NCBI GenBank assembly: GCA_044225365.1
Contig: JBGAIQ010000095.1
Location: 1-10,583, forward strand
DNA: 10,583 bases
Source of the DNA: Planctomycetota bacterium
GTDB lineage: Bacteria; Planctomycetota; B15-G4; JADJEK01
Direction: 5' to 3'
The notes below the pieces were generated by a model. It saw only the letters and a program-made list of their open reading frames with translations, did no database searches and had not been told where the DNA came from. Of this stretch, positions 9,908 to 10,583 are shown piece after piece. Positions within the stretch are counted from its first letter, which is position 1. Every line of letters begins with the position of its first letter. The translations under genes were made by a program, and so were the position numbers.

Positions 9908-10583
9908 TTAGCGGTTGATGCGCTCGAGGCGCTTCTGGGCGCTGGCCATCTGCGTGAGCGCGTCGAGGTCGGGAAACAGCCCCGGCTGGATCGCGCGGAC
10001 GGCTCCGAGATGCCACAGCGCATCCTTGAAGTCCGCGGACGGCTCCGAGATGCCACAGCGCATCCTTGAAGTCACCCTCGAAGAGTGCGATGCGAGCGAG
10101 GCCGTAATGCGCTTCGACCGAGACTGGATCCCGCACGAGACTGCGCCGGAGTCGATCCTTTGCCTCTTCGACCCTGGCCTGGAAGAGCGCGAGGATGCCG
10201 ACCTGCGCCAGAGATCTCGGATCCTCCGGATGCGAAGCCTCGAGCTCCTTTGCCGCCTCGTACGCCTCACCGATCTTGCCGCTCTTGCGTAGCGCATGGA
10301 TCCGGACCGAGCGCGCGAGGAACGCACTCGGCGCGAGAGGCGCAGCAGCCTCGAGGAGCTTCAACGCGGTCCCAGGATCCGACTCTGCCAGCGCGTCCGC
10401 ACGAGCGACACGACCGTCGACCTGCAGGCGCTCGAAGCCGAGGCTGCGCAAGAAGACCGTGATCGCGCGAGCGCGCGCAATGGCTGGTTCACTGATCGGC
10501 GCGATCTCCGCCCCACTCTCGCTTCGCGTGAACAACGCGTCGTGGAAGACATCGGGCAGGACGACGTTGCCGGCGATCTCACG
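9908..10583 (-). CDS. Tetratricopeptide-repeat (TPR) protein, 5'-partial, frameshifted by a 40-bp duplication
   Basis: Frame is open to the window edge. TPR-like helices: ALKLLEAAAPLAP, GKIGEAYEAAKELEASHPEDPRSLAQVGILALFQARVEEAKDRLRRSLVRDPVSVEAHYGLARIALFEGDFKDALWHL. Removing one 40-bp copy joins it in frame to GAVRAIQPGLFPDLDALTQMASAQKRLERINR*, stop at 9910-9908. Confidence 0.75.
9994..10073. repeat. Exact 40-bp tandem duplication
   Basis: CGCGGACGGCTCCGAGATGCCACAGCGCATCCTTGAAGTC occurs at 9994-10033 and 10034-10073, identical and directly adjacent. Confidence 0.97.

Noticed and set aside
9590-9910. tmRNA (GGGG...GGTTCGAC resembles a tmRNA 5' end)
   Set aside because: Spacing is too short for the consensus, and no matching 3' T-arm/acceptor ending in CCA is found downstream.
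9303-9993. C-terminal part of the 410-aa minus ORF 9303-10535 as a real domain
   Set aside because: It exists only because of the 40-bp frameshift, has Arg/Pro/Ala-rich shadow composition, crosses REP hairpins and overlaps DUF885.
9994-10073. CRISPR array
   Set aside because: Only two copies, no spacer, inside a coding region, and no cas genes.

Overview
GC-rich bacterial window, mostly housekeeping. It holds a 5'-truncated GlpD-like FAD glycerol-3-phosphate dehydrogenase (+) and a translationally coupled ArsR/SAM-methyltransferase regulator (SahR/SamR type) plus B12-dependent methionine synthase metH operon (-), with a TTGACA promoter overlapped by a palindromic operator. It also holds a VOC/glyoxalase-family gene (-), a secreted DUF885 putative metallopeptidase (+), and the 3' part of a TPR-repeat gene (-) frameshifted by an exact 40-bp tandem duplication. 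The most unusual element is an orphan secreted protein (1371-2306) between glpD and metH. It has a Tat-like signal peptide, a ~210-aa pro-domain, an Ala/Gly/Ser linker and a hydrophobic ~71-aa C-terminal module whose 8 cysteines have mirror-symmetric spacing (3-14-7-9-7-14-3). This suggests a disulfide-laddered helical hairpin in a halocin C8-like bacteriocin precursor architecture (inference). The 9469-9907 intergenic region holds GTAG-type REP-like hairpins with compensatory stem changes and a degenerate tRNA-like element. All family calls come from motif recognition; no database search was run.
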